A stretch of 64,000 bases of DNA from Hyphococcus sp. (GCF_021604585.1 NZ_BQJG01000003.1); one strand, 5' to 3'; shown: positions 20,178-29,375, numbered from the stretch's first letter. The notes: generated by a model not told the origin, from the sequence alone. Numbers and translations are program-made.

Positions 20178-20705
20178 TTGACCCGCAAACTGTTCCGCTT
20201 TGGCGCAATCGCCCTGATCATCGCCGCCGCCGCCGGATGTGGCGAAAGCGGGCCGAAGCGCACCTTGCTCGACGCGGCAGGCCTTTATTCAGAGAACAAG
20301 GCAACCTTCCAAACCATTCGAGCGGCCTATCCGGGTCCGTTTGAAGATTTCGCGCGCATCCCGGCCCGCGACCCGGCTGATGATGATGGTCTCGACCGCG
20401 AGTTCCTGAAGATCTTGCGCGAGCAATTTCCAGTGGAGCGCATCGACTTTTTCCCGATCGGAACGACCGGCGATGAAATCGATGTGGTGATCGACCGCTA
20501 TCAAGACGGCGATCATTGGGTGACCGTCAGTCTGGTTTATTTCAGCACTCCGCTGACTCTCTCCAAGCGGGATCCGAAAGTCAGGCTGTTCAAATCCTGC
20601 GATCAAAATGCGGTGGATTGGCTCAACGGCAAATCAGAAGCCGGTGCGCTGATCGCCTTCTGCCAGCTCGATGCATCCTGGTACGCCTATCAGAAAGTGG
20701 AATAG
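20178..20705 (+). CDS. Hypothetical lipoprotein
   Basis: Lipobox AAAGC after a hydrophobic N-terminus. No recognisable domain. Confidence 0.6.
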   Translation: MTRKLFRFGAIALIIAAAAGCGESGPKRTLLDAAGLYSENKATFQTIRAAYPGPFEDFARIPARDPADDDGLDREFLKILREQFPVERIDFFPIGTTGDEIDVVIDRYQDGDHWVTVSLVYFSTPLTLSKRDPKVRLFKSCDQNAVDWLNGKSEAGALIAFCQLDASWYAYQKVE

Positions 20706-20713
20706 CGGCGGGG

Positions 20714-21205
20714 TTATTCCGGATGGTCGAACCACGCCTCCATCATCGGCGCGATTTCATCAGAGTAGAACAAGACTTCCGGCGGCTCTTCGCGCCAGGC
20801 CGCATCGGCCTCAGAAAACGCGATGAACATCTGCGTGTCATGCGATGGCGCACCATAGTGTTCTTTCAGCGCTGCAACGACTTTCGCCTTGTCTTCAGCC
20901 TCAACCATCACCCAAACCATTTGCAGCCTGTCGTCGCCGATGACGAACTCTGTCCAGCGTGGCGCGCCCATAAAATCGAGCCCGTTGCAATCGATCTGAA
21001 CCTGTTTGGCCGGTTTGTTGGGCAGGAACGGCGGGTCGATCGGCCGGTTGACGAAACCCTCGGCGCATTTGCCCTCAAGCGCCGCCTCAATCTCTGCAGC
21101 GCTTGCGCCCCATTTGATCACGCCGGGTTTGAGCTCTTCTGCGGTTGCTGACGTAAAGCATGACGCGCTCATCAGCGCAGACAATGCAGCAAGTTTCATT
21201 TTCAT
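20714..21205 (-). CDS. Hypothetical secreted protein
   Basis: Signal peptide MKMKLAALSALMSASCFTSATA. Start trimmed to the ATG that follows gggag. Confidence 0.55.
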   Translation of the reverse strand: MKMKLAALSALMSASCFTSATAEELKPGVIKWGASAAEIEAALEGKCAEGFVNRPIDPPFLPNKPAKQVQIDCNGLDFMGAPRWTEFVIGDDRLQMVWVMVEAEDKAKVVAALKEHYGAPSHDTQMFIAFSEADAAWREEPPEVLFYSDEIAPMMEAWFDHPE

Positions 21206-21318
21206 AGTTTTCGCGCTCCCTGAAATCATCGGCTACGGGGTTACACCCGCCAATGTGGCGTGAAAACATCGCCTTCGCTGACGAGAGGTCTCGCTGCGAT
21301 GAACGGACCCAAACCCGG

Positions 21319-21999
21319 TTAAAACGCCGCCGCGCCGATCGGCTCGACAAGTTCGGGGCCAGTGTTTTTCACCGATCCCACAGCCTTGCCCACCGGGTAG
21401 GCGGTCAACACATCATCAGCGCAGGGCCGCAACAGCGCCCGGGCTTCCTCGCCCCACAGCGTTGGGCCTATCCATAAACCCACATCACGCGGGTCTAAAA
21501 TGACCGGCATTCGTGGATGCAGTTCGCTCATGGCTTTGTTGGCGGGACAAGTGATAATGGTGAAACTGCGCATGCCGTCCGGGTCGATCTTGGCGTTGTG
21601 CGCCCATAGACCGGCGATCAGCATGGGTTTTCCATCGCGGCGGCGAATATAAAACGGTTGCTTGGCGCCTTTCGGGCCGCGCCATTCGTAAAACCCGTTG
21701 AACGGAATTACGCAACGCTTCTTGTTGAGTGATCCTTTCCAGGTCGCTTTTTCTTCTATTGTTTCGCACATGGCGTTGATCGTCGCGTATTTCGGCGGCT
21801 CGCTCGCCCAGGCCGGAATCAACCCCCAGCGCATCCGCTGTACCGCGCGTTGGCCGTCTCGCAGACCGCACACCAAAACGTCATGGGTCGGCGCAGCGTT
21901 GTAATTGGGGCGCATATTGTCTGGCGGCTCGACGCCATCAATTTCCAGCGCCGCGCAAATCTCGCTCCAAGTCAAAGATTGATTAGCCCGGCCGCACAT
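21319..21999 (-). CDS. SOS response-associated peptidase (SRAP/YedK) abasic-site processing protein
   Basis: N-terminal MCGR with the catalytic Cys2, plus FNGFYEW and the typical 226-aa length. Confidence 0.88.
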   Translation of the reverse strand: MCGRANQSLTWSEICAALEIDGVEPPDNMRPNYNAAPTHDVLVCGLRDGQRAVQRMRWGLIPAWASEPPKYATINAMCETIEEKATWKGSLNKKRCVIPFNGFYEWRGPKGAKQPFYIRRRDGKPMLIAGLWAHNAKIDPDGMRSFTIITCPANKAMSELHPRMPVILDPRDVGLWIGPTLWGEEARALLRPCADDVLTAYPVGKAVGSVKNTGPELVEPIGAAAF

Positions 22000-22035
22000 A
22001 ATTTCTCTTCTTTCATCTAGTTTGGGCGGCAGGGG

Positions 22036-22065
22036 CCGGCGCCCACCCGGAAGGGCGGGCGCCGG
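22036..22065 (-). terminator. GC-rich hairpin downstream of the Cys-rich peptide gene
   Basis: ccggcgcccaccc, a ggaa loop, then gggcgggcgccgg, with one mismatch. No clear U-tract. Confidence 0.45.
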
Positions 22066-22072
22066 TTAGTGT

Positions 22073-22225
22073 TTACGGACAGCAGTCCGAAGAACCGCCG
22101 CAACAGGCTGCAACAAAGTCACAGCATGCAGCAAACGCTGAAGCGACGGCCTCCGGTGCGGCGGCGTAAGCCGACGTTCCCGCAAGAGCCGTGACCGCAA
22201 CAAAGATCAAAGCAATATTCTTCAT
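22073..22225 (-). CDS. 50-aa Sec-signal precursor of a 29-aa peptide with three CC doublets
   Basis: MKNIALIFVAVTALAGTSAYA / AAPEAVASAFAACCDFVAACCGGSSDCCP. The ATG at 22225 is preceded by ggaga 6 nt upstream, so the longer ORF-track start at 22261 is unlikely. Confidence 0.6.
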   Translation of the reverse strand: MKNIALIFVAVTALAGTSAYAAAPEAVASAFAACCDFVAACCGGSSDCCP

Positions 22226-22257
22226 GGTTATCTCCATAATGATTGAAAAATAAGGTT

Positions 22258-22593
22258 TCAAACAGATCGGAGCTTTCGTGGAGGCGGATCAGGAGGGGCA
22301 GGCGCCAGCGCGGCAGGCCTTTGCGCCCGACTTGGCTGAACGATTGTATAATTGAGCGATGCAACCATGATTGGATTGGGCGACGGCATCACGCCAATGC
22401 AAATCTGAGCGCACAGCACGATGTAAGAGCAGTCTCCATTGACCTCGATCTTGCCGGGCTGGCAGTGCTCTGCGGCGCTGGAATGACTTATCATTCCCTT
22501 GCTCTCGCCAGCCGCTTTCACCGCCGTTAATGCAAACGGCCAGGCCAGCATAACCAGCGCGGCGAAAATCGCTGCATAGCGTCCAAGCGTCAT
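22258..22593 (-). CDS. Small membrane/periplasmic Cys-containing protein (DUF2946-like by eye)
   Basis: N-terminal TM or signal AAIFAALVMLAWPFALTAV, then HC..DCSYIVLCAQIC and a Pro-rich APAPPDPPPR tail. No clear SD sequence. Confidence 0.45.
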   Translation of the reverse strand: MTLGRYAAIFAALVMLAWPFALTAVKAAGESKGMISHSSAAEHCQPGKIEVNGDCSYIVLCAQICIGVMPSPNPIMVASLNYTIVQPSRAQRPAALAPAPPDPPPRKLRSV

Positions 22594-22646
22594 GGGCGAA
22601 TGTTATCAAACAGACTTCGCCGCCGCCAGACACGCCTGTGTGAAGT

Positions 22647-23096
22647 CTAAAACGGCTTCACGATCACCATGATGACGATGACGATCAAAGCAAGGAACGG
22701 AACCTCGTTCATCAGGCGCCAGAATTTTTCGCTGCGCGGTCGTTCGCCCTTTTCAAACTTCCGGCGGGATGAGGCGTAAAATCCATGCACGGCAGATATC
22801 CCCACCACCAGCGCCAGTTTCACATGAAACCATCCAGCCGAAAGGATTGCCGGGTTGGCGATCAGCATTAAAATCCCCAGCACCCAGACAAGGATCATCG
22901 ACGGATTGATGATCCCTTTGAGAAGTCTGCGCTGCATCTGGATGAAATAGCGCTCGGCTTCGCCGCCTTTTTCCGACTGGTGCTGGTAAACGAAAAGCCG
23001 CGGCAGATACATCATGCCAGCCATCCAGGCGATGACGAAGATGAGATGCGCGGATTTGATCCACAGATAGATGCCGCTCAAGAATTCCACCATCAA
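22647..23096 (-). CDS. hemJ: Protoporphyrinogen IX oxidase HemJ
   Basis: 149 aa with 4 TM helices and KSAHLIFVIAWMAGMMYLPRLFVY. Has a 4-nt overlap with hemE. Confidence 0.88.
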   Translation of the reverse strand: MMVEFLSGIYLWIKSAHLIFVIAWMAGMMYLPRLFVYQHQSEKGGEAERYFIQMQRRLLKGIINPSMILVWVLGILMLIANPAILSAGWFHVKLALVVGISAVHGFYASSRRKFEKGERPRSEKFWRLMNEVPFLALIVIVIMVIVKPF

Positions 23097-24127
23097 TCGT
23101 TCCTTCTGACAAACTCGACCAGCGCCGCGACATTTTCCGGCGGCGTTTGCGGCGTGAAACCATGTCCGAGATTGAAGATATAAGGCACGTCGTGAAAAAG
23201 CTTCAGATAGATATCCGCAGCTTTGGTCATCGCATCGCCGCCGGTAATGGTGAGCAACGGATCAAGCCCGCCCTGGACCACCACGCGTTCGCCCAGAGCC
23301 GTGCGCGCCCAAGAGGGGTCCATAGCGTAATCGATCCCAAAACCGTCGCAGGCAGACAGCATGGCGTATTCAGACGCCTTCTCGCCGGCGCCTTTCGGAA
23401 AGAGGATCACCGGCACACCGGGCCGGGCTTTTTTCACGGCTTGGGAAATTTTATCGAGCGGCCGGACAGACACTGCGTCGAGGACAGGCCACGGCAACCC
23501 GCCCGCCCATGTGTCGAATAACTGCACCGCGTCCGCACCTGCGTCGATTTGGGCGATGAGATAGTCAATCGTTTTATCGACAAGAATATCGATCAGCCCG
23601 TCAATCAGCGCGCGTTCTTCATAAAACCGCTGGCGCAAGACCGCCGGGTCTTTCATCGGGCCGCCAGCCAGCATGTATGTCGCCACTGTCCAAGGCGCGC
23701 CGGCAAAACCAATCAATGCTTTATCCGGGGACAATCCGGCGCGCGTTTTTCGCACCGTTTCAAACACCGGCTCGAGCATATCCAAGATGTTTCTGTCACG
23801 AAATCGATCAAGGTCTTTCAGGCTTACGACCGGCTCAAGCTTCGGCCCTTCATTCTCAACAAAGCTCAATTGCTGACCCAGCGCATGCGGGATCAAAAGG
23901 ATGTCCGCGAACAAGATCGCCGCATCCAGATCGAACCGGCGGATTGGCTGCAGCGTCACCTCACTCGCCAGCGCCGGATTAAAACACAAATCCAGAAATG
24001 ATCCCGCTTGCGCTCGCAGCTCTCTGTATTCTGGAAGATAACGGCCAGCCTGGCGCATGAACCAGATTGGCGGTGATGCGAAAACCTCGCCTTCAAAGCT
24101 TCGCAAGAATTTAGAGTTCGTTGTCAT
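23093..24127 (-). CDS. hemE: Uroporphyrinogen decarboxylase
   Basis: PPIWFMRQAGRYLPEYRELR signature, 344 aa. Confidence 0.95.
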   Translation of the reverse strand: MTTNSKFLRSFEGEVFASPPIWFMRQAGRYLPEYRELRAQAGSFLDLCFNPALASEVTLQPIRRFDLDAAILFADILLIPHALGQQLSFVENEGPKLEPVVSLKDLDRFRDRNILDMLEPVFETVRKTRAGLSPDKALIGFAGAPWTVATYMLAGGPMKDPAVLRQRFYEERALIDGLIDILVDKTIDYLIAQIDAGADAVQLFDTWAGGLPWPVLDAVSVRPLDKISQAVKKARPGVPVILFPKGAGEKASEYAMLSACDGFGIDYAMDPSWARTALGERVVVQGGLDPLLTITGGDAMTKAADIYLKLFHDVPYIFNLGHGFTPQTPPENVAALVEFVRRND

Positions 24128-24515
24128 CAGATGCGAAGCTTCCTTCTTAACCTTCTATAAAGGATTCTTAATAAAGGATTAATATAAAGAGTCAGGCGGG
24201 AAACCGGGGAAAAATGCAAAGCGCGCGTATCTCCCGTAGGTTTGCTGTAAAGACTCACAGATTTATCAACGGGGAGTAGTGGCTTGAGGGGATGTTGGAA
24301 AGCGAGCTAATCGACGCATCTTCAATGGAAAATTTTGAAGACGCTGCTGGGGAAGCTGGATTCATCCCATGGATTTTGAGAATGCCAACAGAAAAGTATG
24401 ACCAGTATGACTTTGCCCGTAAGGCTGGGCGCCGAGCTGGTATGACTCGGGAGTTTTACCAGCCCCGAAAAAGGCGCTCGCGATTTACGCGAACTTTCCC
24501 CTATACTTCCCCATT
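24128..24515. other. Probable chromosomal replication origin (hemE-linked, Caulobacter Cori-type oriC)
   Basis: A 388-bp non-coding gap between divergent hemE and the kinase/pyrophosphorylase-maf-aroE-coaE cluster. It has an AT-rich tract at 24140-24200, a TTAA-N7-TTAA site and five GANTC sites. It also has degenerate DnaA-box-like 9-mers, for example TTATCAACG at 24263-24271. Confidence 0.7.
24168..24182. promoter_or_regulatory. CtrA-box consensus TTAA-N7-TTAA
   Basis: ttaataaaggattaa is an exact match. A near-match TTAA-N7-TAAA lies at 24147-24161. Confidence 0.5.
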
Positions 24516-25397
24516 ATGGGTGAGGCGCAATTGAATACTCCGGAGAAAAAAAGATCCGCGCGCAAACGGGCGCCGCTGGCGACGTATTTTCACGTGCACC
24601 TAGTGTCTGACTCCACCGGCGAGACTCTCAATGCGATGCTCAAAGCGACAGCCTCCCAATTCGCTGCCGCAAAGCCGCTTGAACATATTTATGCGCTGAT
24701 CCGCTCGCGCGCACAGATGGAAAAAACCCTCGCAGAGATCGAAGCCTCGCCCGGCCTAGTGCTCTATACGGTCCTGAACCCGGAGCTTCGCCGCCTACTC
24801 GAAATTCGCTGCAGTGAATTGCAAACACCTGCCATTTCCGTCCTTGATCCCCTGCTGCACGCCTTCACCGATTATCTCGGGCTTGAGCAGACGTTGAAAG
24901 CCGGCGCGCAACACGAGCTGAATGACGCCTATTTCCGCCGGATCGCCGCCCTCGATTACACGCTTTCCCACGATGACGGGCAAATGGTCTGGGATCTGGA
25001 ACCCGCAGACGTGGTCGTGGTCGGTGTGTCACGAACCTCGAAAACCCCAACCTGCATGTATCTCGCTAATCGCGGGATCAAGGCGGCGAACATTCCCCTC
25101 GTGCCGACCGCAGACCCGCCGCAGGAATTGTTCGCATTGCGAAAACCCATGGTGGTCGGCTTGGTGGCGAGTCCGGAACGCCTGTCGCAAATACGCCAGA
25201 GCCGGCTTGGAAATATGAATGCGGAAGGCGCGGCGGAAGAGTATTCCGATCTCGATCTCATCCGTCAGGAAGTGTTGAACGCAAAGCGGTTATTCGCCAG
25301 AAACCGCTGGCCGGTGATCGATGTGACCCGTAGGTCGGTGGAGGAAACCGCCGCGGCCATCCTCACAAAACTTTCCGCCCGTCAGAACCAGGCCTAG
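24516..25397 (+). CDS. Kinase/pyrophosphorylase (PpsR / PPDK regulatory protein family, DUF299)
   Basis: HVHLVSDSTGETL and the P-loop VVVVGVSRTSKTP. This is the positional equivalent of the first gene next to Cori in Caulobacter. Confidence 0.88.
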   Translation: MGEAQLNTPEKKRSARKRAPLATYFHVHLVSDSTGETLNAMLKATASQFAAAKPLEHIYALIRSRAQMEKTLAEIEASPGLVLYTVLNPELRRLLEIRCSELQTPAISVLDPLLHAFTDYLGLEQTLKAGAQHELNDAYFRRIAALDYTLSHDDGQMVWDLEPADVVVVGVSRTSKTPTCMYLANRGIKAANIPLVPTADPPQELFALRKPMVVGLVASPERLSQIRQSRLGNMNAEGAAEEYSDLDLIRQEVLNAKRLFARNRWPVIDVTRRSVEETAAAILTKLSARQNQA

Positions 25398-25406
25398 ATC
25401 CTATTC

Positions 25407-26006
25407 ATGTCGAGACCGCGCATCATCCTTGCCTCAGGCAGCGCCATCCGCCGGGATATCCTTGCGAGTGCGGGCGTGCCGTTCGAGGTGATGAAACCGG
25501 ACGTCGATGAAGATCTCATCAAGCACGAGGGCAAACGCGACGGTCTCGATCTGGAAACGCTGGCGATGCGTCTCGCCGAAGCCAAGTGCCTCCAGATCGC
25601 CGCCAGAACCGATGCGATCGTCATCGGTTCAGACCAGATCATGGAATTTGAGGGCCGCTCATACGACAAGCCAGCCTCTATGGCCGAGGCGAAAGCCCGG
25701 CTGATGGAGATTCAAGGCGCGCCGCACACGCTGATCAATGCGATTGCGGTCGCGAGGGGCGGCAAGTTCATCTGGCGCAATCTCGATCGCCCGACATTGG
25801 TGATGCGGGCCCTTTGCGAACAGGAGGTGGATGACTATCTGGCGGCGGCCGGTCCGGAAATACTCCATTCGGTCGGCGCATACATGGTTGAAAAGCTCGG
25901 GAGCCGCCTGTTCGAGTCCATCGTCGGCGATCATTTTGCGGTGCTAGGTTTGTCGCTGTTCCCGCTGTTTGATCTCTTGCGCCGCGAAGGCGCGCTGGAT
26001 TTTTGA
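25407..26006 (+). CDS. maf: Maf-like nucleoside triphosphate pyrophosphatase
   Basis: IILASGSAIRRDIL and GSDQI motifs, 199 aa. Confidence 0.9.
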   Translation: MSRPRIILASGSAIRRDILASAGVPFEVMKPDVDEDLIKHEGKRDGLDLETLAMRLAEAKCLQIAARTDAIVIGSDQIMEFEGRSYDKPASMAEAKARLMEIQGAPHTLINAIAVARGGKFIWRNLDRPTLVMRALCEQEVDDYLAAAGPEILHSVGAYMVEKLGSRLFESIVGDHFAVLGLSLFPLFDLLRREGALDF

Positions 26007-26860
26007 TGCCGAAAGACAGCACACAAAAACCAGTCCTTGCCGGCGTGATCGGCCATCCGGTTAGTCATTCCCTGTCGCCCTTGATCCATACGATTTGGGC
26101 CAAACGCGCTGAAATCGACGGTTTTTACATCCCGTTCGACGTGCCGCCAACCTATGATGATTTCGCTCGCGCCATGGACGGGTTGCGCGCCGTAGGGTTC
26201 GCGGGCGTCAACGTGACCTTGCCGCATAAAGACAATGCATTGCGCTATGCGGACACGGCCAGCGAGAACGCCTCGCGCGCCGGCGCGGCGAATATGCTGA
26301 CCTTTTCTGACCAGGGCGCGGCGGCCGGCAATTCCGATATTTCCGGTTTTGCAGATGCGGTTCGCAAGCAATCTTCCGCACCCGGAAAATCTGCGCTGGT
26401 GCTTGGAGCCGGCGGCGCCGCGCGCGGCGTTGTGCTGGCGCTGAAAAGTCTCGGCGTGCCGGAGATAATGATTTCCAACCGGACGCTGCAAAAGGCGGGA
26501 AAGCTTGCGGCTGATTTCGGATTGGTTGTTATTGACTGGCAGGAACGCACGCAGTCAATTGAAAAGATTGACATATTGGTCAACACCACCAGTCTCGGCA
26601 TGGGCGGCCAGCCCGGGCTCGACATGTCCCTTGCGGGGCTTAAGCAAAGCGCCATGGTCGCTGACATCGTCTACTCGCCGCTCCAGACGCCGTTGCTCAA
26701 AGAGGCCGCCGCCGCCAAACACAAGACGATCAACGGTCTCGCCATGCTCATGCATCAGGCGGCGCCTGGCTTCCGGCAATGGTTTGGCGGCGAGGCTGTT
26801 GTTGACGATAGTCTGCATACAGATCTTGTGAAAGAGCTGAAGAGACAAGGCCGTGCTTAG
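26003..26860 (+). CDS. aroE: Shikimate dehydrogenase
   Basis: GVIGHPVSHSLSPLIH, NVTLPHK and GAGGAARG. Confidence 0.92.
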   Translation: MMPKDSTQKPVLAGVIGHPVSHSLSPLIHTIWAKRAEIDGFYIPFDVPPTYDDFARAMDGLRAVGFAGVNVTLPHKDNALRYADTASENASRAGAANMLTFSDQGAAAGNSDISGFADAVRKQSSAPGKSALVLGAGGAARGVVLALKSLGVPEIMISNRTLQKAGKLAADFGLVVIDWQERTQSIEKIDILVNTTSLGMGGQPGLDMSLAGLKQSAMVADIVYSPLQTPLLKEAAAAKHKTINGLAMLMHQAAPGFRQWFGGEAVVDDSLHTDLVKELKRQGRA

Positions 26861-26884
26861 ACCGCCAGACGCGAGGAACCCAAA

Positions 26885-27487
26885 ATGATCAAAATCGGCC
26901 TCACCGGCTCCATCGGCATGGGCAAGTCGACGGTGCTCGCCATGTTTTCCGATCTTGGCGCAGCGGTGTGGAACGCCGATGATGCCGTGCATCGGCTCTA
27001 TTCAAAGGGCGGAACGGGCGCAAAGGCGGTCGGCTCGATGTTTCCCGATGCAATTGTAGATGGGGCGGTTGATCGCCGCGCACTGGCCGGTCTCGTGTTG
27101 GGCGATGCGCAGGCGCTGCAATCGCTGGAAGAAATCATTCATCCTTTGGTGGCGGCCGATCGCGAAGGGTTTATGGACGCGGCCGCGCATGCTGGCGCGC
27201 TTGTCGCGGTGCTCGACATTCCGCTGCTTTTCGAGAATGGCACGGAGAAATTTTTCGACGCCACCGTGGTGGTCAGTGCGCCCGCGGATATTCAGCGCGC
27301 CCGTGTCCTGGCGCGGCCCGGCATGACCACAGAAAAATTTGAAGCGATTTTGAAACTGCAAACGCCCGATGCCGACAAGCGCAAACTCGCCAATTATGTC
27401 ATCGATACAGGGGTTGCGATTGAAGAAACAAAGCGCCAGGTCGCCGCCGTTTATACCGATATTGTGAGCGCGGCGACAGGCGATTAG
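26885..27487 (+). CDS. coaE: Dephospho-CoA kinase
   Basis: IGLTGSIGMGKST P-loop, 200 aa. Confidence 0.92.
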   Translation: MIKIGLTGSIGMGKSTVLAMFSDLGAAVWNADDAVHRLYSKGGTGAKAVGSMFPDAIVDGAVDRRALAGLVLGDAQALQSLEEIIHPLVAADREGFMDAAAHAGALVAVLDIPLLFENGTEKFFDATVVVSAPADIQRARVLARPGMTTEKFEAILKLQTPDADKRKLANYVIDTGVAIEETKRQVAAVYTDIVSAATGD

Positions 27488-28341
27488 GGCAGGGACTTCA
27501 AAAACGCGTCATAGCGGCTGACCGCATCCTTGAAATATTCTTCATTGTACCAATGAATATAGTCCGGTTCTAAAAACGGGTCGTCGAACACATGATTGGC
27601 GTTCGGATAGACGACCATCTCCAGATCATCGCCCGCGCGTTCGCGCTTTTCAAAATAGCGGATGCATTGCGACGCATCGACAACCTCATCGGCGCCGGCG
27701 ACCAGCGCTAAAATTTTCGGATGTTGCGCCTCGGGAGCAAAACGCGATCGCGTGCCAACGCCGCAATAGGGATAGAACAGGATCGCCGCTTCCACGCTAG
27801 GCACGTTCATCAGTGGGCGAACAAATCCGGGTGGCGCGTTGGCGGGGAGGTCCATGGTCAGGTAATCCATCACCGTCCAGGCCCCGTGCGACCAGCCGGC
27901 GAGGACCAGCCTTGAGGCGTCAAGACGTTGATCCTGCTTGATAATTTCGAGCACCGCTGCAATATCGCCAGCCCGTTCCTGGCCCAATAAGGTCTTGCCG
28001 CCGCAGACCTTTTCAAGTCCGGCTGCGCGATCCATGCCGCGCGCGCCATTGGAATCGATGATCACCGCGGCGTAGCCAGCCTTGTTGGCGACGTCCGCCC
28101 ACTGATGTTGAAACGGTGCGCGTATGCCCGCGCAACCATGCAACTGAAGCACCACGGGAAACGGGCCCTCGCTCTCAGGAACGACGATTTCAATATGATC
28201 TTGCAACAGCGCCACATGATCTTGCAGCGTCGTTTTTTCGAGTTTGGATGCGAAATAGGCCATGGCCAAGGGTTCGCGCTTCCAGACTAAAATGCTGGCG
28301 ATCACCGCAACAACAATGAGTGCAATCCGCCAGCGCTTCAT
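27484..28341 (-). CDS. Membrane-anchored dienelactone hydrolase family protein
   Basis: N-terminal TM helix, LHGCAGI, and the nucleophile elbow GWSHG. Confidence 0.75.
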   Translation of the reverse strand: MKRWRIALIVVAVIASILVWKREPLAMAYFASKLEKTTLQDHVALLQDHIEIVVPESEGPFPVVLQLHGCAGIRAPFQHQWADVANKAGYAAVIIDSNGARGMDRAAGLEKVCGGKTLLGQERAGDIAAVLEIIKQDQRLDASRLVLAGWSHGAWTVMDYLTMDLPANAPPGFVRPLMNVPSVEAAILFYPYCGVGTRSRFAPEAQHPKILALVAGADEVVDASQCIRYFEKRERAGDDLEMVVYPNANHVFDDPFLEPDYIHWYNEEYFKDAVSRYDAFLKSLP

Positions 28342-28361
28342 CGCATCCCCCTATGCCAGCC

Positions 28362-29375
28362 TCAAAGCAGGTTGGACTCTTGCGCCAGTTTTTTCAACGA
28401 TGTTTCAGGGCGCGCGCCAAAATGGCTGATCACTTCACTGGCCGCCAGCGATCCGAGCGCGCCGGCGCGCGCAAGCTCGAAACCCTGCGCCAAGCCATAT
28501 AAAAGCCCTGCCGCGTAAGCATCGCCGGCGCCAGTCGTATCCACGAGCCTTTCCGGCGCCACGGGGTCAATTTTCACGACCTCGCCATCGCGCGGGATCA
28601 GCATGGACCCCTTTTCCGATAGGGTTACAGCAGTCAGCGGGCAAAGCTTGCGGGCCTTGTCGGCGATCTGGGCGACATCATGCGAGCCGAACAGCGCTTC
28701 CGTCTCGCGATCATTCGCCAGCAGGATATCGATATGTTGCGGGATGAAGTCCTGCAGAACATCGAACTGGCGCTCAACGCAGCTTGCATCCGACAAGGTC
28801 AGCGCGGTGCGCTTGCCTTCGCGTTTGGCGACGGCGCAAGCGCGAATGAAGGCCTTGCGCGCCACCGGCTGTTCAAACAGATAGCCCTCGAAGAAACTGA
28901 TCGCGCCCCGCGCAATCTGACTTTCATCAATATCATCCGGCGCCACCAGGCCCGCCGCGCCAAGAAACGTCGTCATCGAACGTTGCGCGTCGGGCGTCAC
29001 ATTAATCAGACAACGTCCAGTCGCCGGGCCTTCGCCGAGCGGTTTGGTGTCAAACTCAACGCCCATGGCGCGCAGATCGTGACGGAAAACTTCGCCGAAA
29101 TTATCGTCTGAGACCTTGCCGACAAAGCCGCCCTTGCCGCCCAGCGAGGCGATGCAGGCGATCGAATTCGCCGCCGAGCCGCCGGAAATTTCAACAGCCG
29201 CTCCCATGCCTGCATAAATATTGCGGGCCCGCTCCTCATCGATCAGGAGCATGCCGCCCTTGGGAATGTCGTGTGATTTCAAAAAGGCGTCGTCGGCTTT
29301 AGCGAGCACGTCAACGATGGCGTTGCCGACGCCGATGACGTCAAGGTTGCGGGCGTCGGAGGCGGGTCCGGTCAT
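28362..29375 (-). CDS. PfkB-family carbohydrate/adenosine kinase
   Basis: DVIGVGNAIVDV at the N-terminus and DTTGAGDAYAAG at the C-terminus. Confidence 0.85.
   Translation of the reverse strand: MTGPASDARNLDVIGVGNAIVDVLAKADDAFLKSHDIPKGGMLLIDEERARNIYAGMGAAVEISGGSAANSIACIASLGGKGGFVGKVSDDNFGEVFRHDLRAMGVEFDTKPLGEGPATGRCLINVTPDAQRSMTTFLGAAGLVAPDDIDESQIARGAISFFEGYLFEQPVARKAFIRACAVAKREGKRTALTLSDASCVERQFDVLQDFIPQHIDILLANDRETEALFGSHDVAQIADKARKLCPLTAVTLSEKGSMLIPRDGEVVKIDPVAPERLVDTTGAGDAYAAGLLYGLAQGFELARAGALGSLAASEVISHFGARPETSLKKLAQESNLL

Noticed and set aside
24292-24534. 80-aa plus-strand ORF in the hemE/kinase-pyrophosphorylase intergenic region
   Set aside because: It lies inside the predicted oriC and has no SD sequence. 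It runs into and overlaps the start of the next gene in another frame, and its composition is unremarkable.
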